NCBI GenBank assembly: GCA_049322915.1
Contig: JBMOPW010000034.1
Location: forward strand, 128,001-192,000
Source of the DNA: Candidatus Zhuqueibacterota bacterium
GTDB taxonomy: Bacteria; Zhuqueibacterota; Zhuqueibacteria; Thermofontimicrobiales; Thermofontimicrobiaceae
Reading direction: 5' to 3'
DNA length: 64,000 bases
Positions 20,437 through 30,618 of this stretch are shown here, piece by piece (within the stretch, counting starts at the first letter, position 1; every line of letters begins with the position of its first letter). A program made the translations under genes and the position numbers. The notes beneath the pieces are model-generated. The model did not search any database. It was not told where the DNA came from and saw only the letters and a list, made by a program, of their open reading frames with translations.

Positions 20437-21019
20437 TGCCTCCAGAGACGTCGGAGCGATTCAACCATTGCGCCACTTCATCGATAAAGCCTTTATTGAT
20501 CAGCCCTTTTTCGAAGGCATGCTGCACCATGCTTCGAGGAATTTTGTTCTCGCGCAATGCCTTCATGGTCAGCAACTGCATGCTGCCGAAAATCTGGGGA
20601 AGGTTCAAATATTGCACGCAAAAGCCCTGACAGTTGCCGCAGCGAATGCAGCGCAATCCTCCATTCCGCAAAAACCGATTGTAATCTGTCACGCGGGCAG
20701 CGACCACCAGTTCGGCCTGAAACGCAATGCCCACCGGACATTTATCCTGAGTTCCGTAACACGCGCGGCATTCGTAGCAATAGATGCTTTGCGGAATGCC
20801 ATTCAGCACAGCTTTGCCGACATCGATTGCCAGAATCGTGGCAATGCCCAGCATGGCCGCCCGATTGAGATTGATGGTGAGCGCGCGATCATTGACGTTC
20901 GCGAAAAACTGAAAGCGCCGAATCCCCGGCATCACCATGGGCTGGTCTTCCTGAAAGCGGACAGCGGTCGGTTTGGTTTCCTTCTCTTTGCTGCTTTGTG
21001 TATGTTCGTTTTCCATCAT
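20426..21019 (-). CDS. HdrC-like 4Fe-4S protein (start uncertain)
   Basis: CYECRAC..KCP, CIRCGNCQGFC. Confidence 0.7.
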   Translation of the reverse strand: MMENEHTQSSKEKETKPTAVRFQEDQPMVMPGIRRFQFFANVNDRALTINLNRAAMLGIATILAIDVGKAVLNGIPQSIYCYECRACYGTQDKCPVGIAFQAELVVAARVTDYNRFLRNGGLRCIRCGNCQGFCVQYLNLPQIFGSMQLLTMKALRENKIPRSMVQHAFEKGLINKGFIDEVAQWLNRSDVSGGNVG

Positions 21020-21211
21020 GATTTCAATTCTATGTAAATGGTTCATTAATTTGGCAGCATCAACGCCATTAGCAGTCCCGCGATTAAGCCACCCAACGCG
21101 CCTTGCATGAGCTCTTTCGGAGTTTTCATATCCAGAGAATACGCAATGATGACTCCGGAAACAGCGCCGGCAAAAAGGAATGATAGAATCGTCAACAAAT
21201 TTCAATCCTCT

Positions 21212-22900
21212 CTATTTGGTTCTTCTTACAATCGACAATGTTTTAGGAACCATGCCTCCGATGAGTAAGGCAGCGAAGGTTCCACCGATGAAGCCCTGAA
21301 TCAGTTGCATCAGTTTGAAATCATAAACCGAAAGCGCCAGTACTGCCCCGGCAATTCCACCGGAGACCAGAAAATAAACGAGCTGCATTTTCCAGTTGCG
21401 ATTTGTATCTTTGCTCAGGGTTCGACTCACGAACGACATGATTCCGATAGAAATGAGGACGACGACTAATGTGTATACGGCCAGCATTAGCAGGTCCTGG
21501 GAGAAGTCCGGATTATTGGGAGAAAACACAGTGAAATTCATGAACTTCATGTAGATTGCAGCAATCGGCGCCATTATGGCCATTGAAGCGAATGTGTAGG
21601 CGCCTTTGATATAGCCGGTTTCAGCGCGCATCTGGCCTTCGCCCATTGTACCTCCGCCGCCGAGCGGCGATGGTCCGCAGGATGTGGTGGCGTTGATCAT
21701 GTAAGCGGACATGACGATGGCCAATTGGGGCCATGTGATTAAATTGAATTTGGCCGGGCCGAAAAGATACAGCACAGGAACAAGCGCTGCCGTGAGAATT
21801 CGGGAGCATGAAAGAGGCAGAATTGTCTGCATCTGAACGAAAATTGCCAGCATCCCGGCAACGCCCAATATCTGAACGGATGACAGACTTTTCAGGATCA
21901 CGCCAAGCGCATCGAATCCGCCAGTGGCGGCCAACGAACCGGCTGCCATGAATCCGGCTGCCATGGCAGTGACTGGCAGAAGAATAATACCGTTCATCAA
22001 ACTCTGGATGGAAGCGCCGCACAGAAGCACAATCAAGATACCGCCAGCAACGAGCACTGTTTGCACCGGCATTTTACCGAACGGCTGGAAAATGGCGATG
22101 AGCAATGATGCGATGAAAATGAAAAGCGACAAATACCCTTTGAAGGGCGCTTTTACTTTCGGTTGGCTGACTCTCTCTTCGGCGGGCCGATTCGTCGGTT
22201 TATCGCGAAGCGAGACATCCTCGGGATAGAGTTTTTGGGAGATAATTTTCAAAAAAAGCGCGGTCAGGGCAGTGCCAATCATCAGCGCAAAGGCCTGCGG
22301 CGAGCGCAGAATGCCGTCGCTGGCGGTCGGAAAAAAAGCACCGAGGAAACCTTCGCCGATTTGCCCAACGCCGCCAATGGGCGACGGGCCGCACGATCCC
22401 ATGGCATTTCGTGTGAAAGCGCCAATTAGTACAATCAACTGAGTCCGTGTGAGGATGCCCATTCCACCTTCATAGCCGAACGAAAAAAGGAGCGGCAGCA
22501 ATGCAGCAGCGATAATTCGTCCGCACGGCAGTGAAGCGATGACCGGCAAATTGATGATGATGACGAGGGTTCCGGCGATGCCGATCGGGGTTTTTCTCAG
22601 CTTGTCGATGATGACTTTTAACGCATCGAACCCTTTGGTTGCGTCCAGTGCGCCTGCCAAAAACAATCCCCCCAGCAGTGCGGTGATAGGATGTAAAATG
22701 ATACCGCCGATCATCTCATTTGGAAGCAGCAGCGCGCTTTTCAATCCATCGGTAGAAATTCGAAAGATGGCCCCAATGATCAAACACACCAGGCTTACTA
22801 AAACGAGGACCGTCTGAACAGGTAAATTAATTTTTCTGAATAGCGTTAAAACCATGGTGACGATGAAGATCGTCAACGTAATATAACCTAAAAACTCCAC
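21212..22900 (-). CDS. Polytopic membrane transporter, possibly ion-transporter superfamily (carboxylate carrier-like)
   Basis: Very hydrophobic 562 aa; internal duplication PVQTVLV..ILxP.TA...L.AT.GFDAL...SCGPSP.GG. Confidence 0.55.
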   Translation of the reverse strand: MEFLGYITLTIFIVTMVLTLFRKINLPVQTVLVLVSLVCLIIGAIFRISTDGLKSALLLPNEMIGGIILHPITALLGGLFLAGALDATKGFDALKVIIDKLRKTPIGIAGTLVIIINLPVIASLPCGRIIAAALLPLLFSFGYEGGMGILTRTQLIVLIGAFTRNAMGSCGPSPIGGVGQIGEGFLGAFFPTASDGILRSPQAFALMIGTALTALFLKIISQKLYPEDVSLRDKPTNRPAEERVSQPKVKAPFKGYLSLFIFIASLLIAIFQPFGKMPVQTVLVAGGILIVLLCGASIQSLMNGIILLPVTAMAAGFMAAGSLAATGGFDALGVILKSLSSVQILGVAGMLAIFVQMQTILPLSCSRILTAALVPVLYLFGPAKFNLITWPQLAIVMSAYMINATTSCGPSPLGGGGTMGEGQMRAETGYIKGAYTFASMAIMAPIAAIYMKFMNFTVFSPNNPDFSQDLLMLAVYTLVVVLISIGIMSFVSRTLSKDTNRNWKMQLVYFLVSGGIAGAVLALSVYDFKLMQLIQGFIGGTFAALLIGGMVPKTLSIVRRTK

Positions 22901-22927
22901 CTTTTCCTCATCAATTTTTGGGATGGT

Positions 22928-23260
22928 CTATCGAGCGCACGTGTTCTGAAATCCTGATTTCTTTTTAAGTGAAAATGGCAGATTCACTAAATACTTATCG
23001 TCTGTCTGAGAGATGTGAACAGTGTCACCAATCTGAATATTCCCCATGCACATCGTGCATTTCGAGGCTTCGGCTTCGATGATTGTCCCATTGGACAACT
23101 TCACCTTCATGCGGCTCAAAATGAACTCCTCGATGCCAAGTCGCGCCGGGCAAAACTCGAGCACGGTTCCTTTCCGGTGATTTTTGATGCGGTAAATTTC
23201 TGTGGCCACATAAAAAAGAATGAGCCCGAGAAATGTGTAAAATGATACAGTATCGTACAT
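22928..23260 (-). CDS. Hypothetical membrane-anchored protein with CxxC
   Basis: Tightly packed in the operon; N-terminal TM; CTMC. Confidence 0.6.
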   Translation of the reverse strand: MYDTVSFYTFLGLILFYVATEIYRIKNHRKGTVLEFCPARLGIEEFILSRMKVKLSNGTIIEAEASKCTMCMGNIQIGDTVHISQTDDKYLVNLPFSLKKKSGFQNTCAR

Positions 23261-23263
23261 CGG

Positions 23264-24223
23264 CTACATACTCCAGGAGAACACATTCACTTGTTTCAGC
23301 TCTGAATCCGTGACATACAGGCGGGACGCGGCGTCGATGGAAATCGAGACAGGCCGTTTCAATCCTTCCGTCCAAACACCAATGAAACCGCCTTCAGGGG
23401 TAAACTTTTGAATACGGCCGTTGACGGTATCGCAGACGTATACATTCTGCTGACCATCGAGGCTGATGGCTTCTGGCAAATTGAGCTGACCTTTGCCGCT
23501 TCCGTTTTCAGAAAATTTGAATTGAAACATGCCGTCACTGGAAAGCACTTTCACCTGGCCATGTTTGCTATCGACGACGTAGATCGTGCCATTTTCCGCA
23601 ACCGCAACATCGGTGACAATGCGGAACCGATAGTCACTGCTACCCCGAGCCAGATTCTTGGGATCATCGCCCAGATCGCCAAAATTGGCAACGAGCGACA
23701 GGGTCGATTTATCGTACACAGCCAGCATGTGATTGCGAGTGTTGCAGACGTAAATTTTATCCCGGACAAAAATTCCTTTGGGGGTATAAAATGCTTCAGG
23801 GTATCCACCGACGGCGCCGAATTGCTGTTTGTAATTGCCCAGGGCATCCAGAATGACAACTCGCCCGTTATTTGAATCGACGACATAAACGTCACTGGTG
23901 TCCGCATCAATAGCAATTCCCTGAGGATAATTGAATTGACCAGCGCCGGAACCAGGCTGTCCGACCCGGCGAATTGGCGTCCCTTTTTCATCGAAAATAT
24001 GCACGCAATACCCACCTGCGTCGGTGACATAGATGGTGCCGTTGGGGCTAACAGCCACGCCGTAAGGATCGATGAAGCCGCGAATCGTTAGTGTAGCCGG
24101 GGTGCTTCGGACAATTTTTGGAAAGGAGAAGCTGATAGCGGAAGCCGCGCTCAAAGCAAGACTGGTTTTGAGGAATTTGCGACGAGTAATTTTGTGAGAC
24201 TGATTTCGATTTTCGTTCATCAT
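23264..24223 (-). CDS. Tat-exported NHL-repeat beta-propeller protein
   Basis: TRRKFLK; repeated FNYPQGIA..VYVVDS.NGRV motifs. Confidence 0.85.
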   Translation of the reverse strand: MMNENRNQSHKITRRKFLKTSLALSAASAISFSFPKIVRSTPATLTIRGFIDPYGVAVSPNGTIYVTDAGGYCVHIFDEKGTPIRRVGQPGSGAGQFNYPQGIAIDADTSDVYVVDSNNGRVVILDALGNYKQQFGAVGGYPEAFYTPKGIFVRDKIYVCNTRNHMLAVYDKSTLSLVANFGDLGDDPKNLARGSSDYRFRIVTDVAVAENGTIYVVDSKHGQVKVLSSDGMFQFKFSENGSGKGQLNLPEAISLDGQQNVYVCDTVNGRIQKFTPEGGFIGVWTEGLKRPVSISIDAASRLYVTDSELKQVNVFSWSM

Positions 24224-24257
24224 ATTATTCTATCCAAATGATGGTCACTGGCAGGAC

Positions 24258-24305
24258 AAAAAAAAGACTATAAAGGGAAATCGTGGCTTCCTCCTTTTAT
24301 AGTCT
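24258..24305 (-). terminator. Intrinsic terminator in the operon leader (attenuator)
   Basis: agactataaa / tttatagtct stem followed by a T run on the minus strand, about 35 nt before the first start codon. Confidence 0.65.
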
Positions 24306-24391
24306 AAGAGAATCTCGCAAATAAAGCTAATGTCATATCTGCTACTGAACCTTATGGTTAGAGTACTTTATTTTTTGAGAAATAAGGTACT

Positions 24392-24420
24392 AATATAAAT
24401 GATGATTGTTTAAAAGTCAA
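24392..24420 (-). promoter_or_regulatory. sigma70-like promoter TTGACT-17-TATATT
   Basis: Same TTGnnn-17-TATATT pattern as upstream of rimP, tRNA-Arg and the permease. Confidence 0.65.
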
Positions 24421-24501
24421 GGGAAAAAAATGGATTTTAAAATTTATTTACACACAAAATTACATAAATATTTGATTTTACATTAATCTATTCCATAATC
24501 A

Positions 24502-26502
24502 TCATGGTCTTCTCTGTAGGTAAGAATCCCACCAATCCAGCGACATGCGCAAAGCAGCTTCGATGTGATTAGGCTGTTCAAAGACATGGGGTTCATTCGG
24601 GAATCGTGCCAGAACCGCCGGGACGCCCATCTTTTTCAAAGCGGTGAATAGCTGCTCACCCTCGCTGATGGGACAGCGCCAGTCAGCTTCGCCGTGGAGA
24701 ATGAGTGTTGGTGTTCTGAAATTTATCACCGAATTCAAGGGGCTGTTTTTTTCATACACTATCCGAGTGGACTCATCATAGGGATGGCCGCCGAAGTCCC
24801 ATTCCGGAAAAAATTGCTCATCCGTTGTCCCATAAAATGAGAGCATATTCACAAAAGGGGCCAGGGCAATGGCTGCGCTGAAACGCTGGGTGTGTCCGAT
24901 AATCCACGCCGTCATCCAACCGCCGAATGACAAGCCAGTCACTCCCATTTTTGTCGAATCGACGAATCCCAGATCCATCATATAATCCACACCCGCCATA
25001 ATATCGGTATAACAACTGCCCCCGTAATTCTTGTTAACGTCATCGGTGAATTGCTGTCCATAACCGAAGCTACCGCGCGGATTGGAATAAAAAACGATAT
25101 AGCCCCGGGATGCCAACAGTTGAAATTCAAACGTGAACTGGTTGGAATACATCAGTTGCGGACCGCCATGAATAAATAACACCAGAGGATATTTCTGTCG
25201 ACCCGGATTGAAATCCGGCGGCGTGAGGTACCATCCCTGAACCGGCGTCTGATGTGCTCCATCAAAAGTGACAGGTATCGCATCCTGAAGATAAACTGTC
25301 TCAACGAGGGAGTCGCTCACCGCTGTTATCCGTCGCATGGTTCGTTTTTTGTACGGCATGAGATAAATTTCATCAGGCCGGGTGACATTGCTCCGCGCGA
25401 AAACAAGCTGCTCCCCGTTTTCGGACATATCCCAATGACGTATTCGATGGCGTCCTTCAATCAGCGGTTCCACATCACTCTCTTTTCGGGATACTGAGTA
25501 CAGGTTGAAATTCCCTTTTTCCGCTGCCAGAAAAACTATCTCCTTGCTATTGGGATGCCATTTCAAGTCGTACACCACATAGTCGAATGGCTGGGTGACA
25601 TTAACAATTTCGTTGCTTTTCAAATCCTTGACCATAATGTCGTAATTATCAGATTCATAATTGTAGCGAAATGTTGAACGCCAGGCAAGATACCGGCCAT
25701 CCGGCGACCAGACAGGCGAGCAATCGGGCCCGGTATTTTCAAAAATTTTCTCTTCCGGCCCCTGATTGACCGGCACAATCCACACATCGGTATCGATGTT
25801 ATTTTCCCTATCCTCGGTTCTGTTCGAAGTGAAGGCGATGAAATCACCATCCGGGGAGAAAGAAATTTCGTCATCAAAAAAGTCACCGTCAGTGAGCTGT
25901 TGAATTTCATTGGTAGCCAGGTCGACGATGAAGATATGCGAACGCCACCCCTCGTCATACCGATTGGCATCGTACCACCAGCGATAGCGCAGATGGGAGT
26001 AAACTTTGATGTCGTACAATCCTTTAGGATTTCGGCCATCAAATTGAGTCTCGGAGAGGAAAGCAATTTTTTGTCCATCCGGCGACCAGATCGGAGACCA
26101 TGCGCCATTGGGCAAATCGGTGACCTGATAGGACTCTCCGCTGGGTATATCCATGATCCAGATCTGAGACGTCCCGGACGCATTGGAAACATAGGCGAAA
26201 GAATTATTATCAAAGGACCAGGCAGGGGAATGGTTGGATGTCCCGGCGTGCGTCAACAGCGCAGTATCCCCGCCCTCGGAAGGCACAATCCAGATCTGAT
26301 TGAAATAACCATTCGTGAGCGAGTCCATTTGATTGACAACGTAAAGCACATAACGTCCATTGGGTGAGATGCGCGGTGTCTTGCAGGTTTTAATCTTGTA
26401 AAAGTCCGCCATGGTAACAGCCCGTTTCGAAGCAGCGTGAGTTATCCATGAATTGCAAAGTAGCGCTGCAACGATTATCGAAAATTGAATTGCTTTTTTC
26501 AT
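24502..26502 (-). CDS. S9-family dipeptidyl aminopeptidase/acylaminoacyl peptidase
   Basis: Signal peptide; WSPDG propeller repeats; IHGGP, GLSFGG, HGEADWRCP, EPH catalytic triad. Confidence 0.9.
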   Translation of the reverse strand: MKKAIQFSIIVAALLCNSWITHAASKRAVTMADFYKIKTCKTPRISPNGRYVLYVVNQMDSLTNGYFNQIWIVPSEGGDTALLTHAGTSNHSPAWSFDNNSFAYVSNASGTSQIWIMDIPSGESYQVTDLPNGAWSPIWSPDGQKIAFLSETQFDGRNPKGLYDIKVYSHLRYRWWYDANRYDEGWRSHIFIVDLATNEIQQLTDGDFFDDEISFSPDGDFIAFTSNRTEDRENNIDTDVWIVPVNQGPEEKIFENTGPDCSPVWSPDGRYLAWRSTFRYNYESDNYDIMVKDLKSNEIVNVTQPFDYVVYDLKWHPNSKEIVFLAAEKGNFNLYSVSRKESDVEPLIEGRHRIRHWDMSENGEQLVFARSNVTRPDEIYLMPYKKRTMRRITAVSDSLVETVYLQDAIPVTFDGAHQTPVQGWYLTPPDFNPGRQKYPLVLFIHGGPQLMYSNQFTFEFQLLASRGYIVFYSNPRGSFGYGQQFTDDVNKNYGGSCYTDIMAGVDYMMDLGFVDSTKMGVTGLSFGGWMTAWIIGHTQRFSAAIALAPFVNMLSFYGTTDEQFFPEWDFGGHPYDESTRIVYEKNSPLNSVINFRTPTLILHGEADWRCPISEGEQLFTALKKMGVPAVLARFPNEPHVFEQPNHIEAALRMSLDWWDSYLQRRP

Positions 26503-26572
26503 AAGCCCCTCAACAAGTATGACTACCAAAAAGTTTCGGCCACCGTACATTCCGTGGTGCGGGTTGGTTTTA

Positions 26573-27262
26573 TCACAACAAATTATTTTCAGCGAAACTG
26601 TAGTAGGAATTCTTCCCCATGATGATATGGTCGAATGGACGAATTCCGACAATATTGCATGCCTGAACCAGCCGTTTTGTAATTTCTTTATCCTCGATGC
26701 TGGGCGAAGGATCGCCGCTGGGATGGTTATGCACAAAGATAATGGCCGCGGCTGAGTTGTTCAAAGCCTCTTTGATAATCTCCCTCGCGTTCACCATGCT
26801 CTCCGTCAGGCTGCCTTCGAAAAGCGTTCTTTCCAAAATCAGATGATTGCGCGAGGTGAGTAGCAGAATTTTGAACTCTTCCCGAGTCAAATCCGCCATG
26901 TAGGGATGCACCAGCTTGAAGACATCATCACACGATTCAATCTTCTGCCGTGTAAGATGACGCTCCGATGTCATCCTCTTCCCTATTTCCAGCGCCGCTT
27001 TGATCTGCGCTGCTTTTGCCGGGCCGATACCGTTGATCTGGCACAGCTCACTCACCGAACGGGAATTCAACCCGCGAAAGCCATCGAAACGATTGAGCAG
27101 ATTTCTGGCCATGTCCACAGCAGACTCTTGTGCCCGGCCGACTCGCAATAAAATTGCCAGCAATTCGGCGTCCTGTAATTTTTCAGCGCCATAGTTCAGC
27201 AGTCTTTCCCGCGGACGCTCGTGGTCCGGCAGGTCTTTAATAGTCAAAAAGTAATTAGCCAT
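26573..27262 (-). CDS. radC: RadC/JAB-domain protein
   Basis: ERPRERL, ELLAILL, GIGPAKA, HNHPSGDPSPS.ED, DHII. Confidence 0.9.
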   Translation of the reverse strand: MANYFLTIKDLPDHERPRERLLNYGAEKLQDAELLAILLRVGRAQESAVDMARNLLNRFDGFRGLNSRSVSELCQINGIGPAKAAQIKAALEIGKRMTSERHLTRQKIESCDDVFKLVHPYMADLTREEFKILLLTSRNHLILERTLFEGSLTESMVNAREIIKEALNNSAAAIIFVHNHPSGDPSPSIEDKEITKRLVQACNIVGIRPFDHIIMGKNSYYSFAENNLL

Positions 27263-27290
27263 TCTAATATCGGTGAAATAATTAAAAAGA

Positions 27291-27788
27291 TTAGAGTTGT
27301 TCAACATACGGAGGCATAGTCTTTGGTTTATTTTTTTTAAAAAGCGAAACAGCGATGATTCCACCCAGTATCCCGAATAGCGAATAAATGAACAGTGCAA
27401 TGAACAGTTCAATGACGATAAAAATCAGATCGCCCTGAATGGATTGGATCTTGAGCAGTAATTCTTCAAGCTCGGGCGGAATATCGGGGTAACTCTCTAT
27501 TAACTGATCGATCACCTCGTTTGTGTTGGGGCCAATGGCCGCCTGAATTATTGTACTGATGAGCGCGCCGGAGGCGCCGGCCATCAACCCGGTAATGATG
27601 CCATCAGAGTAGTTAAGTTCATGCGAGCCCAGCGACTTTTTGTACCAATTGACTGCGAGGATTCCCCCGGCAATGACGCCGGCGCAGCAAAAGCAGTTAA
27701 TAAGGCTGATGACCGGGGTCGCAGAAATAATTCCGATGATAAGGCCTCCCAGGAGCGCCGGCCGCAGCTTATCAGGTTTTGGTTCCAT
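27291..27788 (-). CDS. Hypothetical membrane protein
   Basis: Several TM segments; NCFCC motif. Confidence 0.6.
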   Translation of the reverse strand: MEPKPDKLRPALLGGLIIGIISATPVISLINCFCCAGVIAGGILAVNWYKKSLGSHELNYSDGIITGLMAGASGALISTIIQAAIGPNTNEVIDQLIESYPDIPPELEELLLKIQSIQGDLIFIVIELFIALFIYSLFGILGGIIAVSLFKKNKPKTMPPYVEQL

Positions 27789-28311
27789 GGTTTTCCTCTA
27801 TTAACAATGACCGTGACGGGTTCGAAGAATGTATTTGAGTCTGGAGAGACAAAACGCCGGGAATTACAAAAAACACGGTGACAGCGCCCAGAATGAAACC
27901 AGTGCTGAACCGCGACGTGAAGGAGTTGTCTAAAATATGAAATGTTCTCAATGCAATATCGATGGTAATAGGTATCAGAGCCAAATAAAAAGTTTGTTTC
28001 CTGGGAGTGGCCTTTGTCTTCAATTTATAAAAAAACGGATACATGATAGCGCCAAAGAGAAATCCGAGATACAAGCCCGTGCATCGGGAACATACCGCCA
28101 GTTGTTTTCCCAGGATAAAAAAAGACCGCTCGGGAATTTGGTGGCAGATGTTGGAAAAAAATAAGTACAGCACACCGGAAAATAGCGAATGCTCCTGCGC
28201 CGCAGTGAACGGCGCGAGGAAAATTAAAGAGCACCAGCCGGTCACCGAAAAGAGAAAAATGCCGTAGAGCATGTAAGGGTGTGATAGTGTACTGTTCAAT
28301 TTACGTCGCAA
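27772..28311 (-). CDS. DUF2085-family membrane protein
   Basis: CHQIPERSF...VCSRCTGLYLG. Confidence 0.8.
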   Translation of the reverse strand: MRRKLNSTLSHPYMLYGIFLFSVTGWCSLIFLAPFTAAQEHSLFSGVLYLFFSNICHQIPERSFFILGKQLAVCSRCTGLYLGFLFGAIMYPFFYKLKTKATPRKQTFYLALIPITIDIALRTFHILDNSFTSRFSTGFILGAVTVFFVIPGVLSLQTQIHSSNPSRSLLIEENHGTKT

Positions 28312-28355
28312 TTCGAAATCTCGCCCAATGAATAATAAATTTATTTTCCATTTAA

Positions 28356-29753
28356 CTACGAGAATAAAGCTGTCTTAATCCTGGCGCGATAATAATAGAG
28401 CAAGCCAGTGGATGTCAACAAAATGCCGCACAGCGATGGTACAAATGCAGTAATGAGAGTGACAATCATGAACCAAACCTGAATGAGCAGAACAATGATC
28501 AGCGACCACGGATAACCCCACACCCGGTAGGATCGGGGGGCGTCGGGATATTTCTTCCGAAGAATCCAGACTGCTACAAATGTGGAAACATTAAAGATAG
28601 ATGATGTGAAGGAAAAAAAATCAATGATGGTCTCATAGGCATGGCCGGCAAACCCGGCTGCCATCAGCAATACTGAGGCCCAAGCTGCCTGAATGATCAT
28701 GGCTGTGTTCGGCGTTTTGTACTTTGGGTGAATCTTGGATAATGGCCCGATGAACAGACCATCTCGAGACATGGCGTACCAGGTTCGGGCTTTGCACAAA
28801 ATCTGGGTATTGACATTGCCGAAAGTGTTGATCATAACTGCCAGTGCGATAAAGACACCGCCGGCTGTGCCAATTGCCGCCTTCATGGCATCGGTTGCGA
28901 CCCAAGCCGATTCTTTGATATGCGCGACAGGCAACTGATAAAGGTAAGCCGTGTTCGCCGCAAGATAGAGCAGCATTACACCGAATATGCCCAGGATGAT
29001 GGAAAGCGGCAGGTTACGCCGGGGATTTTTCACCTCTTCGGCCACATAGGTCGCTCCTTCCCATCCGCTATATGCGAAAAATCCATAGCGCATAGCGGTT
29101 CCCACTGCAAGGACCGTTGACCAATTGAACTGTTCCGGCAGAAATGGTGTGCTGAAGTGGTGCCAATCCCCTGCCCTGGAAAATCCGAAAGAGATGACCA
29201 TTCCTACCGCGATTAATTTGATAAAGCTGAACACATTTTGCAGAATACCGCTCAACGTAATTCCGAAGCAATTCACGATCGTCAAAATCCAGATAACGGC
29301 CAGCGCGATGAGCACGATAAAGATATGCGGGAACGTATTGCCAGTCATTATCTTCAAAAAGGAACTGCTGTATTCCGCAAACACGAGCGCGACGGCAGCG
29401 ATGGAACCAGTCTCCGAGACAAAAAACATCGCCCAACCGCGCAGGAACGTCCATACTTCCGGATAGGCGGCTTTTAAATAGGCGTAGGGTCCGCCTGATT
29501 TCGGCATCAGGGAGACCAACTCCGCATAGCAAAATGCGCCCAACAAAGTAGCGATACCGCCGATGATCCACACGCCATAAAACAGGCTCACCGAAGCGAC
29601 AGCAAGCATTATGGGCTGCGGCGTTCGGAAAATGCCTGATCCGATGATCCTTCCAATGACAATCGAAAACGATTCTAATAGTCCCAGATTTCGGTTGAGG
29701 TCTGTTCTTTCAGAGAAAAGATCGGTTTCACTCACCTGCTTTTTTTCTTCCAA
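28356..29753 (-). CDS. APC-family amino acid permease
   Basis: IIGSGIF, YAEL..P.SGG.Y, YSGWE...EEVKNPRRNLP. Confidence 0.9.
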   Translation of the reverse strand: MEEKKQVSETDLFSERTDLNRNLGLLESFSIVIGRIIGSGIFRTPQPIMLAVASVSLFYGVWIIGGIATLLGAFCYAELVSLMPKSGGPYAYLKAAYPEVWTFLRGWAMFFVSETGSIAAVALVFAEYSSSFLKIMTGNTFPHIFIVLIALAVIWILTIVNCFGITLSGILQNVFSFIKLIAVGMVISFGFSRAGDWHHFSTPFLPEQFNWSTVLAVGTAMRYGFFAYSGWEGATYVAEEVKNPRRNLPLSIILGIFGVMLLYLAANTAYLYQLPVAHIKESAWVATDAMKAAIGTAGGVFIALAVMINTFGNVNTQILCKARTWYAMSRDGLFIGPLSKIHPKYKTPNTAMIIQAAWASVLLMAAGFAGHAYETIIDFFSFTSSIFNVSTFVAVWILRKKYPDAPRSYRVWGYPWSLIIVLLIQVWFMIVTLITAFVPSLCGILLTSTGLLYYYRARIKTALFS

Positions 29754-29818
29754 GTTATCTTTTCCTTAGTATCTGAAATGAAAAACGAAGATCGAGTGCG
29801 GCCGTCGAATAAGGTAAA

Positions 29819-29847
29819 AATATAATGATATTGAAGAAAGATAGCAA
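29819..29847 (-). promoter_or_regulatory. sigma70-like promoter TTGCTA-17-TATATT
   Basis: Spacing and -10 match the other promoters in the window. Confidence 0.5.
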
Positions 29848-29953
29848 GAACTTTTTTATTTTAAAATTTACAGAAATGTCTTTTCGATGTAATCAAATTG
29901 TAATTGAAAAAAAGTAAAATGATGAAAACGAATATGAGCCACTTGAGGGGTCA

Positions 29954-30421
29954 ATGGATACCTATTCCATTAAATATTACCGCAAATATTTGAAGCGATC
30001 CAGGGAGCTACTTCAACTGGAGCCTGAGTTTCACTTCATTGCCGTGCTATACCTTTTCATTTACTACACGGGCATGATCAAATATTTAGCCGCCAGGCAA
30101 CGGGTGAACGACATTGAGATTAAACTATCTGTTTCATCCTTATCGGACTGGCTCAACAGTTTTGATTTGAAACTATCGTCGAAATTGATAAATCTGCTCG
30201 TCTACCAATTCGTATCCAGCCTGAAAATTTACTCTCATTTTTTGAAAAAGAAGGTGCCACAGGGAAAAATGAAACATCATAAAGAGATGCTGGACCTTCT
30301 ATTCGACCCGGAAGAAATCGTGCTCAACCTATCGATTTTCGGAAACATCGCCGTCGACTATAACGATCTTATCGATTTTCACACCACTCTCGATGTGATT
30401 GAGTTTCCCACCATCAATTGA
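29954..30421 (+). CDS. Hypothetical protein
   Basis: 155-aa ORF with a GAGGGG RBS, filling the intergenic gap. Confidence 0.55.
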   Translation: MDTYSIKYYRKYLKRSRELLQLEPEFHFIAVLYLFIYYTGMIKYLAARQRVNDIEIKLSVSSLSDWLNSFDLKLSSKLINLLVYQFVSSLKIYSHFLKKKVPQGKMKHHKEMLDLLFDPEEIVLNLSIFGNIAVDYNDLIDFHTTLDVIEFPTIN

Positions 30422-30543
30422 CCTTGTTGAAAGCAGCGCTTGTGGAGAGATAGCGGATTAGGTATCACATCGTTCGCTTTTATTGAGCAAAAAAAAACCG
30501 CAATACTCATTCTATCAAGTGTACTGCGGCTTGTAATAAATAG

Positions 30544-30618
30544 TCGGGGCGAGAAGATTTGAACTTCCGACCCCTTGACCCCCAGTCAAGTGCGCTAACC
30601 GGACTGCGCTACGCCCCG
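30544..30618 (-). tRNA. tRNA-Pro(GGG)
   Basis: CGGGGCGTAGCGCAG...CTTGA CT GGG GG TCAAG...GTTCAAATC...CGCCCCGA cloverleaf. Confidence 0.95.
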
